Assembly: GCA_013265495.1 (NCBI GenBank)
Contig: MU058423.1
Coordinates: forward strand, 3,115,061-3,179,060
Length of the DNA stretch: 64,000 nt
From: Vicugna vicugna
Lineage: Eukaryota
Reading direction: 5' to 3'
Below, in pieces: positions 52,883 to 64,000 of the stretch. The first letter of the stretch is position 1, and every line of letters starts with the position of its first letter. The notes below the pieces were generated by a model, which did not search any database, had not been told where the DNA came from, and worked only from the letters and a program-made list of their open reading frames with translations. A program made the translations under genes and the position numbers.

Positions 52883-54090
52883 TTTTTATGGGAAGATTAT
52901 CAGTTTTTGTTTTGTTTTGTTTTTTAAATATCAAGGACTAGGACACAGGAGTAAATGGCGAGACTAAGAGAAACTTGGACCACAGCAACCGTGTGTATCA
53001 TGAATACAAATTAACTCCATCTTCTAATTCTTACTAAGGCTGTATCACTTTGTTTCACTTCTCAGCTGCTTTTTCACAAGAAGTTACCGGTATACAAGCG
53101 ACTCGGGCACATTTGCCTCAAAAGTAGTCAAATTCGTGCATCTGCAAAATTACAGACACCTTCCCCCAAGGTTCTACATCCAATAATGAACAGCCATGTG
53201 GTGTCGCCTGTCACTAGTACCCATATTCCCCTTGCCTGAAATACCCTTACTATTCCTTCAAAGCCAGACTCCCATTAAATCTTACTAGAAAGAAAAGTCC
53301 TATTCCTTCTGTTATTGTCCTTCTCACACTAACATTTACTTAACTGCTTACTGACCAAATAGCTGGAAACAATAATCAGTTTAAGAAAAAGGCCCAGATC
53401 AATAAAGCTTTTATTGCATCCTTAAAATATCACCAATGAATCTGAAGAATCGTCTGGCATCTTGCTGTTTCAGTAGCCGGACAACTTAGATCTTATTCAC
53501 CAGCCTGCTGAACTGTTCCTTTTCCAGAAACATAGATATCATCCCCAAATTTTCTGATATCCTTGTTTTTAACTGTCGTGGCTTGCTGAATCAAAGCAGC
53601 TGAATTTGATACCAGTTCAATGTCGTTTCCCTCAATAATTAACTCATCTTTCTGAGACTGAGACACTGAACAAGCAACACCTGGCCTCACCTGAACCCTG
53701 CAGATATATTTTTCACCCAAGAAATTTCGGATTTCAACAAGAGACCCATTCTCCAGAATGACGACATGGACGGGGAAGTGAGCACACACAGACCTCCTCT
53801 TGAAACGGAAGCCCAGTGTAACACCGCTGATCGTGTTCTGTACATGACTACAGATAGCGCCAACGGTAGCCAGCTCTTTTCTATTTCTCCACCATTTGTC
53901 AGCCTGGAGCCTCTTCTTTTTCTTTCCAAGGAAACTGAGTTCTACATTGATGTGACTGAAGTCCCTCCTCAGGGTGCCTCTGGGACCCTTCACAGTAACT
54001 GTGCGTCCCTTCAAAGTGATGTCAACATTTTCTGTAATGCTGACAGTCTCATCGCTGAGAATGGTCTTCATCCTCGCAGTAGATGCAGCC
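52883..54090 (-). pseudogene. RPL9: Processed RPL9 (60S ribosomal protein uL6) retrocopy; intact frame 54071..53493, with 5'UTR remnant, 3'UTR and a ~0.5 kb 3' extension
   Basis: Intronless MKTILS...KGTVQQAGE*, 192 codons; AATAAA on the minus strand at 53410-53415; flanking direct repeats aagacatctatttcttc (52866-52882) and aagatatctatttcttt (54091-54107). Confidence 0.93.
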
Positions 54091-55170
54091 AAGATATCTA
54101 TTTCTTTAATCTTCACTGCCACCATCCATACTAGCTTCTTTCAGCTTCCCCAATATGCAGAGTTCTTTTTCATCTTCAGGTCTTTGCACACACATCCCCT
54201 TTCAGAACATTCTGCCCCAACTCTTTGCATGACTGGTCCAGCTTGAAAAGTAAGTCCTCAGAGAGCCCTTCCCTGCTTATCTTATCTTGGGAAAGTTTCC
54301 CTTCATTCCTACATTCTTTTCCTATTTCATAACACTTATCGCTATTTATAATATATGACATTATAAATTCTTTGCATTGCAATTAATGAATTACTATTTG
54401 TAAAATGCTTAGTACAGTGTAAGGCCTGTAGTAAGTACTACATGTAATGATTTTAAAAAACAACTCTCATGAGCCTCACAACCCTATTTGTGCTATTAAT
54501 GTCACCTTTTTACAGAGGGACAAACTGAGGAACAAAGAAGTTAAACAACCCATCCAAGGTTACACAGCTAATAAGCAGCAGAGCTTAGCTACAAACTCAG
54601 CCTGGCACCAAAGTTCACACGCCTAACCATTTTCTATATTTCCTTTCAACCCAGGACCTAGCATAGTGCCTTGCACCTACTAGGTATGTTCAATGAATAT
54701 CTGTTTAATAAATGAAGGAACAGCTCTAATAAGAAAATAAGATTTACCTATAATCCTACCACATAGAAATTTGGGGATTCATTCTTTAGATTATTTTTTC
54801 TAGTACAAGGTTAGATTATTTTTAATCAAAATCATAACTTAGAAATCATTTTGAAGAGCACAAATAGGCATCAATGTATAATAAATTTACATTTTATTCT
54901 TTTTTAAAATTTATGATTTCAAGTCAATGTTCTTCCTTTAGATGAGGGTAGAAGGTTGGGGAGGAAAGAATAATTCTTTAAATTAAAGAGAAAGAATTTT
55001 TTCTAAAGTATTCTCACCCTCCTTATCTCTAGGCAGAGGTTGCCAAAGCAAGCTAGAAAGTTTAGGAAAAGGATGAGCATTAAAAAATATACATTATATT
55101 ATATATATATATACACATTATATACAAGTGTGTTTTAAAATTTCTCATTAGAATTACTTTTAGAAAATCA

Positions 55171-55894
55171 GGGAACCCTCCTACACTGCTGGTGGGAATG
55201 TAGTTTGGTGCAGCCGTTATGGAAAACAGCATGGAGATTCCTCAAAAGACTAAAAATAGACTTACCATATGATCCAGCAATCCCACTCCTGGGCATATAT
55301 CCAGAGGGAACTTTAATTCAAAAAGATATATACACCCTAATGTTCATAGCAGCACTATTTACAATAGCCAAGACCGGGAACAAACTAAATGTCCATTGAC
55401 AGAGGACTAGATAACGAAGTTGTGGTATATTTATATAATGGAATAGTACTCAGCCACAGAAAATAATAAAATAATGCCATTTGCAGCAACATGGATGGAC
55501 CTGGAGATTGTCATTCTAAGTGATGTAAGCCAGAAAGAGAAACAAAAATACCATACCACTTATATGTGGAATCTAAAAATAAAGACAAATGAACTTACTT
55601 ACAAAACAGAAAAAGACTCACAGACAGAAAACAAACTTACAGTTATCAGGGGGGATGTGGGTGGGAAGGGATAAATTGGGAATTTGAGATTTGCAGATAC
55701 TAACTACTATATATAAGATACATACACAAGTTTCTTCTATATAGCACAGGGAACTATATCCAATATCTTGTAGTAATCTATAAGGAAAAAGAATATGAAA
55801 ACGAATATATGTATGTTCATGTATGACTGAATGATTGTTCTGTACACCAGAAATTGACACAACATTGTAAACTGACTATACTTCAATTAAAAAA
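55171..55894 (+). mobile_element. 5'-truncated LINE-1 3' end
   Basis: ORF2 tail peptides ([32 protein letters not shown]); 19-nt TSD aatta(c/t)ttttagaaaatca at 55152 and 55895. Confidence 0.93.
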
Positions 55895-57117
55895 AATTAT
55901 TTTTAGAAAATCAATTGACAAGCATTTTCTATATGTTCCCAAAGCATAGCAAAGGTCCACTGTTCACAATATAAATCATATAAATCAGATAATCGATGAT
56001 GATCATATGGCTATGTTAATGGGAAAACTGGATAAAAAGACAGCGTTGACCCCCAAAAGGGCAAGGAAAACAAGTGAAGGCTGCTGGTAAAGCGCCAAGA
56101 GGAAGCGTCTCCATATGCCAGTTTGCTCAGTTTCAAAAGATTTTTTGTTCTTTTAAAGTAGTTTCAGGATAAATAACTTGTAGCAGCTGGTCATCAAATT
56201 CACGCACACTCATAGGAGGCCTACCTTGCTAAGACTGACTATGCATAATTTATCCATGGGCTCTCGAGGGAGAATTGGATTGGTTTGTTGCTCCTTCTCA
56301 GTGTCTCCCTCCTGTCACTCAACAGTAACGGGATGAAGCAGACGGACGCCCTGAATGGTGTCTGGTTACAGCCATAGGTGCTGCATTTGGGAGCACCCCA
56401 GCTTTCTGAGACAGAGTTAGCTGATAGGATTGCCAGAGTGTAATCCAATGCAGTCATTGCAGAGGGAGCCTTGTATCACATTACCTTTGAAAATATTTTC
56501 ATCTAGAAACACCATACACTGGATACAAAATCCATGGCTACCTGGCCTGTGGGTGTGGCCTACGACTTACTATTCGGAGCCATCTCCTATTTGCTTTCAT
56601 GGGTATACAGAAATCTTGAGCTAGGAATACAGTGAGAGAATTTGAAAATGAAAACAGAGTCAAGCTAAGTATTTTTGAATGCTCTTAAAAGACCAGAAAA
56701 GAAAAAAGAAAAAGACTAGTTTAGATCACATCAGAAGTTCCCTGTGTAGTCTGCAAAGCGGATTGCTTACAGCTGAAGGAACCCAGAGGAAGCAGGCACA
56801 CCACGATTTTGAAGCTCAGGGTTTTTTTTTCTTTCATTCGATTGCACCCAACTCCCAACTATTGAAAAAAAAAGAAAAAGAAAGATGATTTAGAATGAAA
56901 GGGTTGCTCATCTGTATTACAAGTCCCTTCAGTGGTTCACTCCAGGATGTCCGGGATCCCAGGATGGAGGTGAGTCTCTATTGCTACTGCCACTGTTGAC
57001 CTCTTGGTGTTGACTGCGGCATGTGCTGGCTGAAGACAGAGCATATTGCTTTATGCAGAACAACATATCAGTGGATCATGTACTTAAAGCTCCTAATTGT
57101 AACCTAGTTACATTCTT

Positions 57118-57268
57118 TTTAAAAGAAAGTATCATTTTTCTGTTTTTAAGGGGGGAAGGTATATAGGTTTATTTCCTTATTTATTTTAATGGAGGTAATG
57201 GGGATTGAACCTAGGACTTTTGCATTGCTAAGCACACACACACTACCACTGAGCTATACCCTCCCCTG
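57118..57268 (-). mobile_element. tRNA-derived SINE, camelid type
   Basis: ggggattgaacctaggac...ctaccactgagctataccctcccc; TSD ctagttac(a/g)ttctt at 57104 and 57271. Confidence 0.88.
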
Positions 57269-58664
57269 CTCTAGTTACGTTCTTAATGACACACGTAAAG
57301 GAGTAAGAAGAATTTGGATTGTTGAATCATTGCCTCCAATAGTCAACTCCTAGTTTCATTACAGTCAGTAGGGTTATCTTAGAAGAGTGGGGTTCAGGAT
57401 CTAAATGCTAAGTGTTAAGTTCTCTAGTGGAAGGAGGCAGGGAAGTGTTGGTAGAAAAAAACGCTTGCTTTCTCCTCTACCTCTGGGCCATATACACTCT
57501 GTTTGGAGGCTAGCAGAGGTTTCAACATAGAACAGAGGGCATTGAGGGTGAGGCTACAAGACTGTCTCAGGCACACGGCCCCACAGTTTTCCTTTGAAGA
57601 TGGAAACAATCCTCTGATGTATAACATGACATATAACGTTTGTACTAACACTAAATGGGCCTGGTGAATAGAACAAACATCACCTACCAGCCAGAAACAA
57701 TGATTCGTTGATCATCTTTGACCTCTAACCACTAAGAAGTTTTGGTGTTTCCATCTGTAGACATTCTTCATCGATTCCATCAGCTCCCCAGTCATCCCAG
57801 CCGCGTTTATCTTCTTCTCTTAAACTAGGCAAATTAGGGAGGTTAAGCCAGCACTTCTGCACCAAAATCAGACTTCATAAGAAGGTAAACCTGCAGGAAG
57901 AGCTGTCAGTGTAGTGAGCACTGTGTTGTTCATCCCTCTTCAGGGCCCAGACTAAACTGTTTCCACAGGGTGAGAGCACTATGATGTGCTGGCCTTATTT
58001 GCTCCAAGGGTTCACTCGCAGGGTGATTTGTGAGCTATTGCTGAGCACACAATGGTCAGTACAGCTGCATAAGTAGTCATGGCCCCAGATATATTCTCCT
58101 GAACTCAGTAAACCAAATTGGGTTCTCTAGAAGGGTTCTGTTGGAATCTCTTCGGATGCACCTTTGGATTGCAAGACTGAGCCAAGTATTGATGTGGGAA
58201 GATGCTCCAGTTCCTTCCAGCTACTTGTAAGGGGCCCATTACAATTCTAAGGATGTAGGTTCCTTTGATAGAAATTTTTTTTTAATATTTTGCAAGCACA
58301 CACAAAAATAACAATAATAATGACAGAAGCTGTTTTCCTGTTTATAATGACAGAGTTCCTCAGTCTTCTAGCTTGTCTTGGTGATTGCTCGTTTTCTTCT
58401 TTTTCTTAAGAGTCATAGCAAAAACTAAATTTTATCAGTTTAAATGGAATGATATCTTAGAAACTAGGATCTGGCTAACAAAAGGTCTTTTCTTTCTTAG
58501 CGAGAAGGGCTTAGAGCTCAGCAGTGAGCACCTCAAGATACAAAGAAGGCATGAGGATGAGTCTAGAGCTGTAACTTGGGTCATTAAAAGTCCTGCAAAA
58601 CTAGAATTCACCTTTCTCTTTTGTCTGTAGGCATTTAAAGATGATTTTTTCCGTACAAAATTAG

Positions 58665-59570
58665 ACAACTTTTTAATATTGAAATATATCTGACATATAA
58701 CAATGTATAATTTCAAGGTATAATGTTAACTTGATACATTTATATATTGTAATACAATTACCATTGTAGCGATACTTAGACCTCTCTCATGTTATATAAT
58801 TATTTTTTTAAGTGGTTGGAATAATTAAGTTCTAATCTATTAACAAGTTTGATGATTATAATATAATATTGCAGTCTATATTCATTATACTGTGCATTAG
58901 ATCTCTAGGACTAATTTACTGCCCATTGCAAATTTATGCCCTTAAACAACATCTGTCTTATCACCCTGCCCCTTCCCTTCCCTGGTAACCGCCATTCTAT
59001 GCTCTGTTTTTATGAGTCTGACTTTTTAGATTCCACATATAAGTTATATCATACAATGCTTGTCTTTCTGACATTTCACTTAGTACAATGTCCTCAAGAT
59101 CCATTAATTGTCATGAATGGAAGGATGTCCTTCTTTTTCATTATATATAAGACCTCTTCTTTATCCATTCATCCACTGATGGGCACTTAGGTTATTTCCA
59201 TATCTTGCCTATTGTTAATGATGTTGCAATAAACATGGGAGTGCAGGTATCTCTTTGATATCCTGCTTTCATTTCCTTTGGGTGTGTACCCAGAAGTAGA
59301 ATTGCTGGATCATATGGTAGATCTATTTTTAATTTCCTGAGGAACTTTCATATTGTTTTCCATAGTGGCTGAACCAATTTACATTTCCAATGACACTGCA
59401 CAAAGGTTCCCTTTCCTCCACATCCTTGTCAACACTTGTTATCTCTTTTCTTCTTGATGACAGCCATTGACAGGTGTTAGGCTGTATCTCATTGTGGTTT
59501 TGCTTTGTATTTCCCTGATGATTAGCAATATTGAGCATCTTTTCATGTACTTGTTGGACAGTTGGATGTC
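58665..59570 (-). mobile_element. Older LINE-1 (L1MA-like) 3' fragment
   Basis: cccagaagtagaattgctggatcatatggtag, atctcattgtggttttg...attgagcatcttttcatgt. Confidence 0.85.
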
Positions 59571-61801
59571 TTAGATAATGTTTTATCTAAAATTATTGAT
59601 AATTTTCACCATCAAACAATAAATTCATTTACAGGTAGATTTTTAAAGCAGTTTTAAGGCTCCTATAGAGACCATGTTTCATATATGCCATTTCTCCCTT
59701 TATCTGTAAATATCCCACAGATAAAAGAGTACCTAGCCTTCTGTACCTGGGCATTCTTCAGTACTCCCAACACCGAGATTGGTTTTGTTTTTCATTTTTA
59801 AACTACCGTTATGGAATGCTCACTCTATACAAAGCAGTATGCCGAGAGCTTTACATACTTTATCTCACGCTCATCTAGTAATTCTGTGAACTAGGTATTA
59901 TTATGATTTGCATTTTTCAGAAGAGGAAACTAAGACTCAGAAAAGTTAAGTAAGTTGCCTGATGGCATATAATGAATGAGGTGGAGAAGCTGAAATTCAA
60001 ATTCAGGTCTCCCAATTCCTGTTTCCTCACTGTGCTTTTTACTTTCCTGGGAAGCGTTTGCCTCATTCTTCAACTTTGGTTGGAGTAGCCTGTAATTCTG
60101 TTCCTACACCTCACTTTACAGTTGATACTAGACTGTTCAAGTAATTCTGATTGTTAAGCAATGAAAATTCTTCTTCCTCTTCTCCTCTTCCACCATCTTC
60201 TTCTCTCTCTCTCTCTCTCACTTTATTTATTTATTTATTTTTTAAAATGTCAAAATAAGCTTATTTGGATTTGGGATACCAGGGAACTATCTCTAAGAAT
60301 TAAAATCTCAGAAACATTCACATTAATTTTGATTTATTTTTTCCTGTAAAATTGAGTTTGGTGAAAGACAGTATTTGTGCATTTTGTATGTATATATTTG
60401 TTTTTAAGTTTATTTATTTATTTATTTAAATTGAGGTATAGTCAGTTACAATGTGTCAATTTCTGGTGTACAGCATAATAGTTCAGTCATACATATATTT
60501 GCTTTTGTATTCTTTTTCATTATAGGTTACCACATGATATTGATTATAGTTCCCTGTGCTATACAGAAGAAATTGTTTTTTATTCTCTCTCTCACTTTAA
60601 ACAAAATATTTTTTATCTGAGTTCTCTAACATTGGTACATATCTACAAATTCAAATTTTTGTACAATGTTTTATAGATATCTTTACCACATTTAGTTTTT
60701 ATTCCTTTCTTGGAGAATTTAGCTCATGTAGTTTTGATCAAACATATTACTTTAGCTTTATAGGTTATATAATAAATCATAAGTTCATAGAAACTTAGAT
60801 GGGGGAGAGGACCTCAGAGAGCTGCTCGTCCAGCCCTGTCACTATGTAGACAAGGGAGGCCGGCTGGTGATTGTGGGTCCCGTGGTTGAGTCAGAGCCTT
60901 AGTTACTCCACCTAGCACTGAAGGTAATTTTACTAGTTCTAAGAAGTTGTCCTGACCTTATAAATCAAAAAGAGAGATCTAAATGGATGTTTTCAACTTT
61001 ATTTAAAAGAATAAAAGACATACCAAGTGGCAGCTGGTTTTGCTCTGACCATTTTCAGGAGTCTCCCCAAGACACACTGATACCCCCAGATGGACAGAGC
61101 TTGGCAGGACTGCTCAGAGCAAGACAGCTTCTTGAACTGGGTCCTGCCTGGGGTCTAATCAGAAGAGGGATGCTCGGTGACAGACTGGCCTCCAGGTGTT
61201 CAAAGGGCCTTTCGTTCCTTGGTCCTATTTCTGTCAGTCCATCTCCGCCTTTCTCTAGCTTACAAGGGAAAATCAGGAGAATGGAACTAGAATATCTGGA
61301 GGGACAGATGAAAAATCACCAGAACAGAGAAGGTGGGTGATTATGTTTGAGCTGAGCCAGCTTTCAGAGTCACATAACTTAGAGGTCCATCAGTGACGTG
61401 TGGACAGGTGGCAGCCACAGTGCTTTAAAAGAAATCAATCTTTTACATCCATCCCAAGCTCCTATTTGGGGAGAACAAATTTCAAATAGCATTTCATAAG
61501 AGAAGTTGATAAATATTTGGTCATTAACTAGAGACCAATGGCTCCCTCAAAATGTAACGGATGAAAAATTTAGCACCCCCCCCTTTTTATTCCTTGTTTA
61601 TACACCACTGATTATGTTAATATAGTATTTAAAATGGGTTGCTCTCGGCTGAGTTTCCCGCCTTCAGGATTATAACTGCATTTTCTCTAGATGAAAAGCT
61701 TCCATTTGGTTCTGACATAGACAACAGGACAAGCACAGTTTCATAGTTTTCTACATGACATACATTATCTCTAACAATGAGGCTCTTTCCATTTTGCACA
61801 G

Positions 61802-61906
61802 GCTAGGACACACAATGAAGACAATCAATGAAAACCAGAAGATCTATCGTGACCATTAAGAACATCAGGACCAGGCAGCAAGGGATAAAGGTCAGGCAGC
61901 ACATAC
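61802..61906 (+). other. AKNAD1: AKNAD1 5' UTR part of the first coding exon
   Basis: Acceptor ctctttccattttgcacag ending at 61801. Confidence 0.75.
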
Positions 61907-62899
61907 ATGGATGAGGCTGATTTCTCAGAAGATACAACTTCTAAACAAGAGGAGGATTTGCCTTATGATGTGGATTTCTCCCAAATTGAGATATACAGTG
62001 ATCATAAGTTTAGCTCAAAAAATGACACCCCTCATATCTCAAATCAAATTAATTTAGCAGCAGAAGACCCACAAGAAAAGGCTACACATAGAGAGACCTG
62101 CAGGAAGGGAGACATGGCCACGACGCTGGATAAAATGACTGAAAATCCTGTCAGCACAAAATGTGTTAAAGAGGAACCATGCCCCATGAATCTTCATGGT
62201 CCAGCTAATGAAGGAGACCCTTCAAAGTCCAACATTTCTGATATTTTACTCCATCATCTTTGCAAAGAGGAATTCTCAAGAGGTCAAGGTATTAATTGTG
62301 AAACTCTCCCAGAGATCTCTCCTGCTGACAGTTTTGATGAGGCTACTAAAAATACTATTTTGCAGCATGTTAAGAATTCTTGGCCAACAGAACAATCCCC
62401 AGAACTCAGTGACCAACTTGATCCCAAAAGGGATGGTGAAAACAGCAATCACCCTATTTGTTCTCCAACCACGACAGAAGAAAACACCTCTGATTTAGAA
62501 GAGCCAGTGACTGATGGAGAAGGCAGCTATCAAGAAAATTCAAATTTTCTAACTAAAATCAAGAGTACAAGTGACAAACAAAAAAGTTGCCAAGGGAAGA
62601 CACCCCCAAAACAGCAGGGTGGAAAGGCAAGTTCAGGCAACAGGTTCAAATATGGCCAAGGTCAAGTTCATTACTGGTTCTCTGATTACTGGTTCTCTAA
62701 GGTTGCTCCCAAAGTGAAAATTCCTAAAAATAACATCATTGATAAACCACCTACAGCAGATAAACAAGCCTGTTTCTCTCCTACATTGAGATATAAGTCA
62801 GCTATCGTGCAAGGTATTTCAGAACGCACATCTAGGTCAAATTACGTTGAAAAACAAGAGGAGAAATGGAAAACTACTGAACTTTCACAACAGATAGAG
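61907..62899 (+). CDS. AKNAD1: AKNA domain-containing protein 1, first coding exon (331 codons); gene continues beyond the right edge
   Basis: MDEADFSE...SNISDILLHHL...CETLPEIS...FKYGQGQVHY...SKVAPKVKIPKN; donor GAG|GTGAGT at 62899/62900; divergent from GPSM2 as in other mammals. Confidence 0.92.
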
Positions 62900-64000
62900 G
62901 TGAGTGAAAGAAGTCTCCAGGAAATACATAATCAGGGCCATTGCTCATTTATATCAGGGTGGGTCTTTGGAAGGTACATGGAACTGAGTTCTGGGTCTGT
63001 GGTTCTGGGTTCTGCACCAGTACCTTGACCTCTTAGAAGCTCAGTAGGTATTGTCACAGGAAGAATCAGGGGCTGGACTAACAACAACACGTAATAGAAT
63101 AAAAGCCAAACACTTTAACCTGGAATTTGAGTTTCCCCATTTTTTAATGTCATCCTACCCTTCTAAACTGAGCTCCCCTCCCCCAGGAGTCATCCTCGGA
63201 TACCTGGCTGGCTCTGCCCTCTCTGAGCTCCTGCCTTACATGGAACATCTCATCTCTGAGCATGAGGACCTGCTCATTTTCATTGCTTCCTTCAATTCCT
63301 CGTTGGCCACAGGACTTTTCAGAATCTCCACCCCCACCAATCACAGGCTTTCCCACCCTTGTTTGTTTAGTATTCTGTCAGAGTGTTTATCTCAGCCTGT
63401 TTTGGACCATAATAATTTGGAAACATTTGTTTCTTCCTCTAGACTTGAAGACTCCAGAAGCAGCAAACTTGTCTTCATTTTTCTAAGTTCCTAATTGCCT
63501 AAGTTCCCCCAGAGGCCTGGCCCTGTGTTTGTATATATTATGCCCTAGGTTATGAATGCTAAATTGAATTGAATTAAGATCTTTAATAACATATTTCAAG
63601 ATTGTTCTATTGGCAACTATTTAGTACAAGATTTTGTTAATGTTTAATTTATACTATTTCCCCTTTCCTCGTCTTCCCATCCTTCCAGCTCCCCTTCCTA
63701 ACACACTCAGGCTCAGGATCTCATTGACTGTTGGAGGTTCAATAGTTAGGTAAGTTTACACTAATGAGAGAGTCAATAGTTTAGTTCTCTGGCACTTTGC
63801 CAGGACTGTGTGATCTTTCTTTTAAGAGTCATATGAAGGGCACCCTGACTGAACACTCTGCCTTTTTCCATTTCCACCCCTTCATGCTTCATCTGCCTTC
63901 TCTTTCAACTGAATGTTCTGGGGAGTTTGAGCAGAACCACCTCACCCCTACCTCCACCCCCCACCCCCCCACATACCTGGAGCCAGCAGCCCACCTGGCC

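Noticed and set aside
53687..54246. Alternative-frame and antisense ORFs over the RPL9 copy
   Set aside because: Shadow frames of the RPL9 coding sequence
62900..63494. Continuation of the 373-aa ORF past 62899 and the 147-aa ORF at 63051
   Set aside because: AKNAD1 similarity ends at the consensus donor at 62899/62900; the rest is intronic read-through with no recognisable protein
1..64000. CRISPR-like arrays, prokaryotic operons or foreign inserted DNA
   Set aside because: No regularly spaced repeat-spacer structure seen, and no compositional block unexplained by mammalian exons, the CpG island or repeats

Overview
Mammalian genomic DNA, most likely camelid, judging by the tRNA-derived SINEs and the L1 3' ends. 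The minus strand carries the 5' ~39 kb of GPSM2 (LGN/Pins homolog). That covers a CpG-island promoter and non-coding exon 1 near 39.3-39.8 kb and 12 coding exons (exons 2-13, ATG at 29087) encoding the TPR repeats, the linker and the first GoLoco motif; the gene continues off the left edge. The plus strand carries the large first coding exon of AKNAD1 (ATG at 61907), divergent from GPSM2 as in other mammals. Between the two genes lies an RPL9 retrocopy with a fully open 192-codon frame. Its apparent target-site duplication shows it also carries ~0.5 kb of sequence beyond the normal RPL9 poly(A) site. The rest is intronic or intergenic repeat sequence (L1, L2, MIR, SINEs, LTRs, DNA transposons) with one assembly gap. 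I found no convincing new multi-gene system. The best leads are the extended RPL9 retrocopy, a five-uORF GPSM2 leader with a stop/start overlap, a locally templated inverted insertion, serial reuse of one retrotransposon target site, a candidate UG-repeat-flanked cryptic exon, and an in-frame insertion in the conserved AKNA-family motif of AKNAD1. Gene and repeat-family identifications come from recalled sequences, not database searches.
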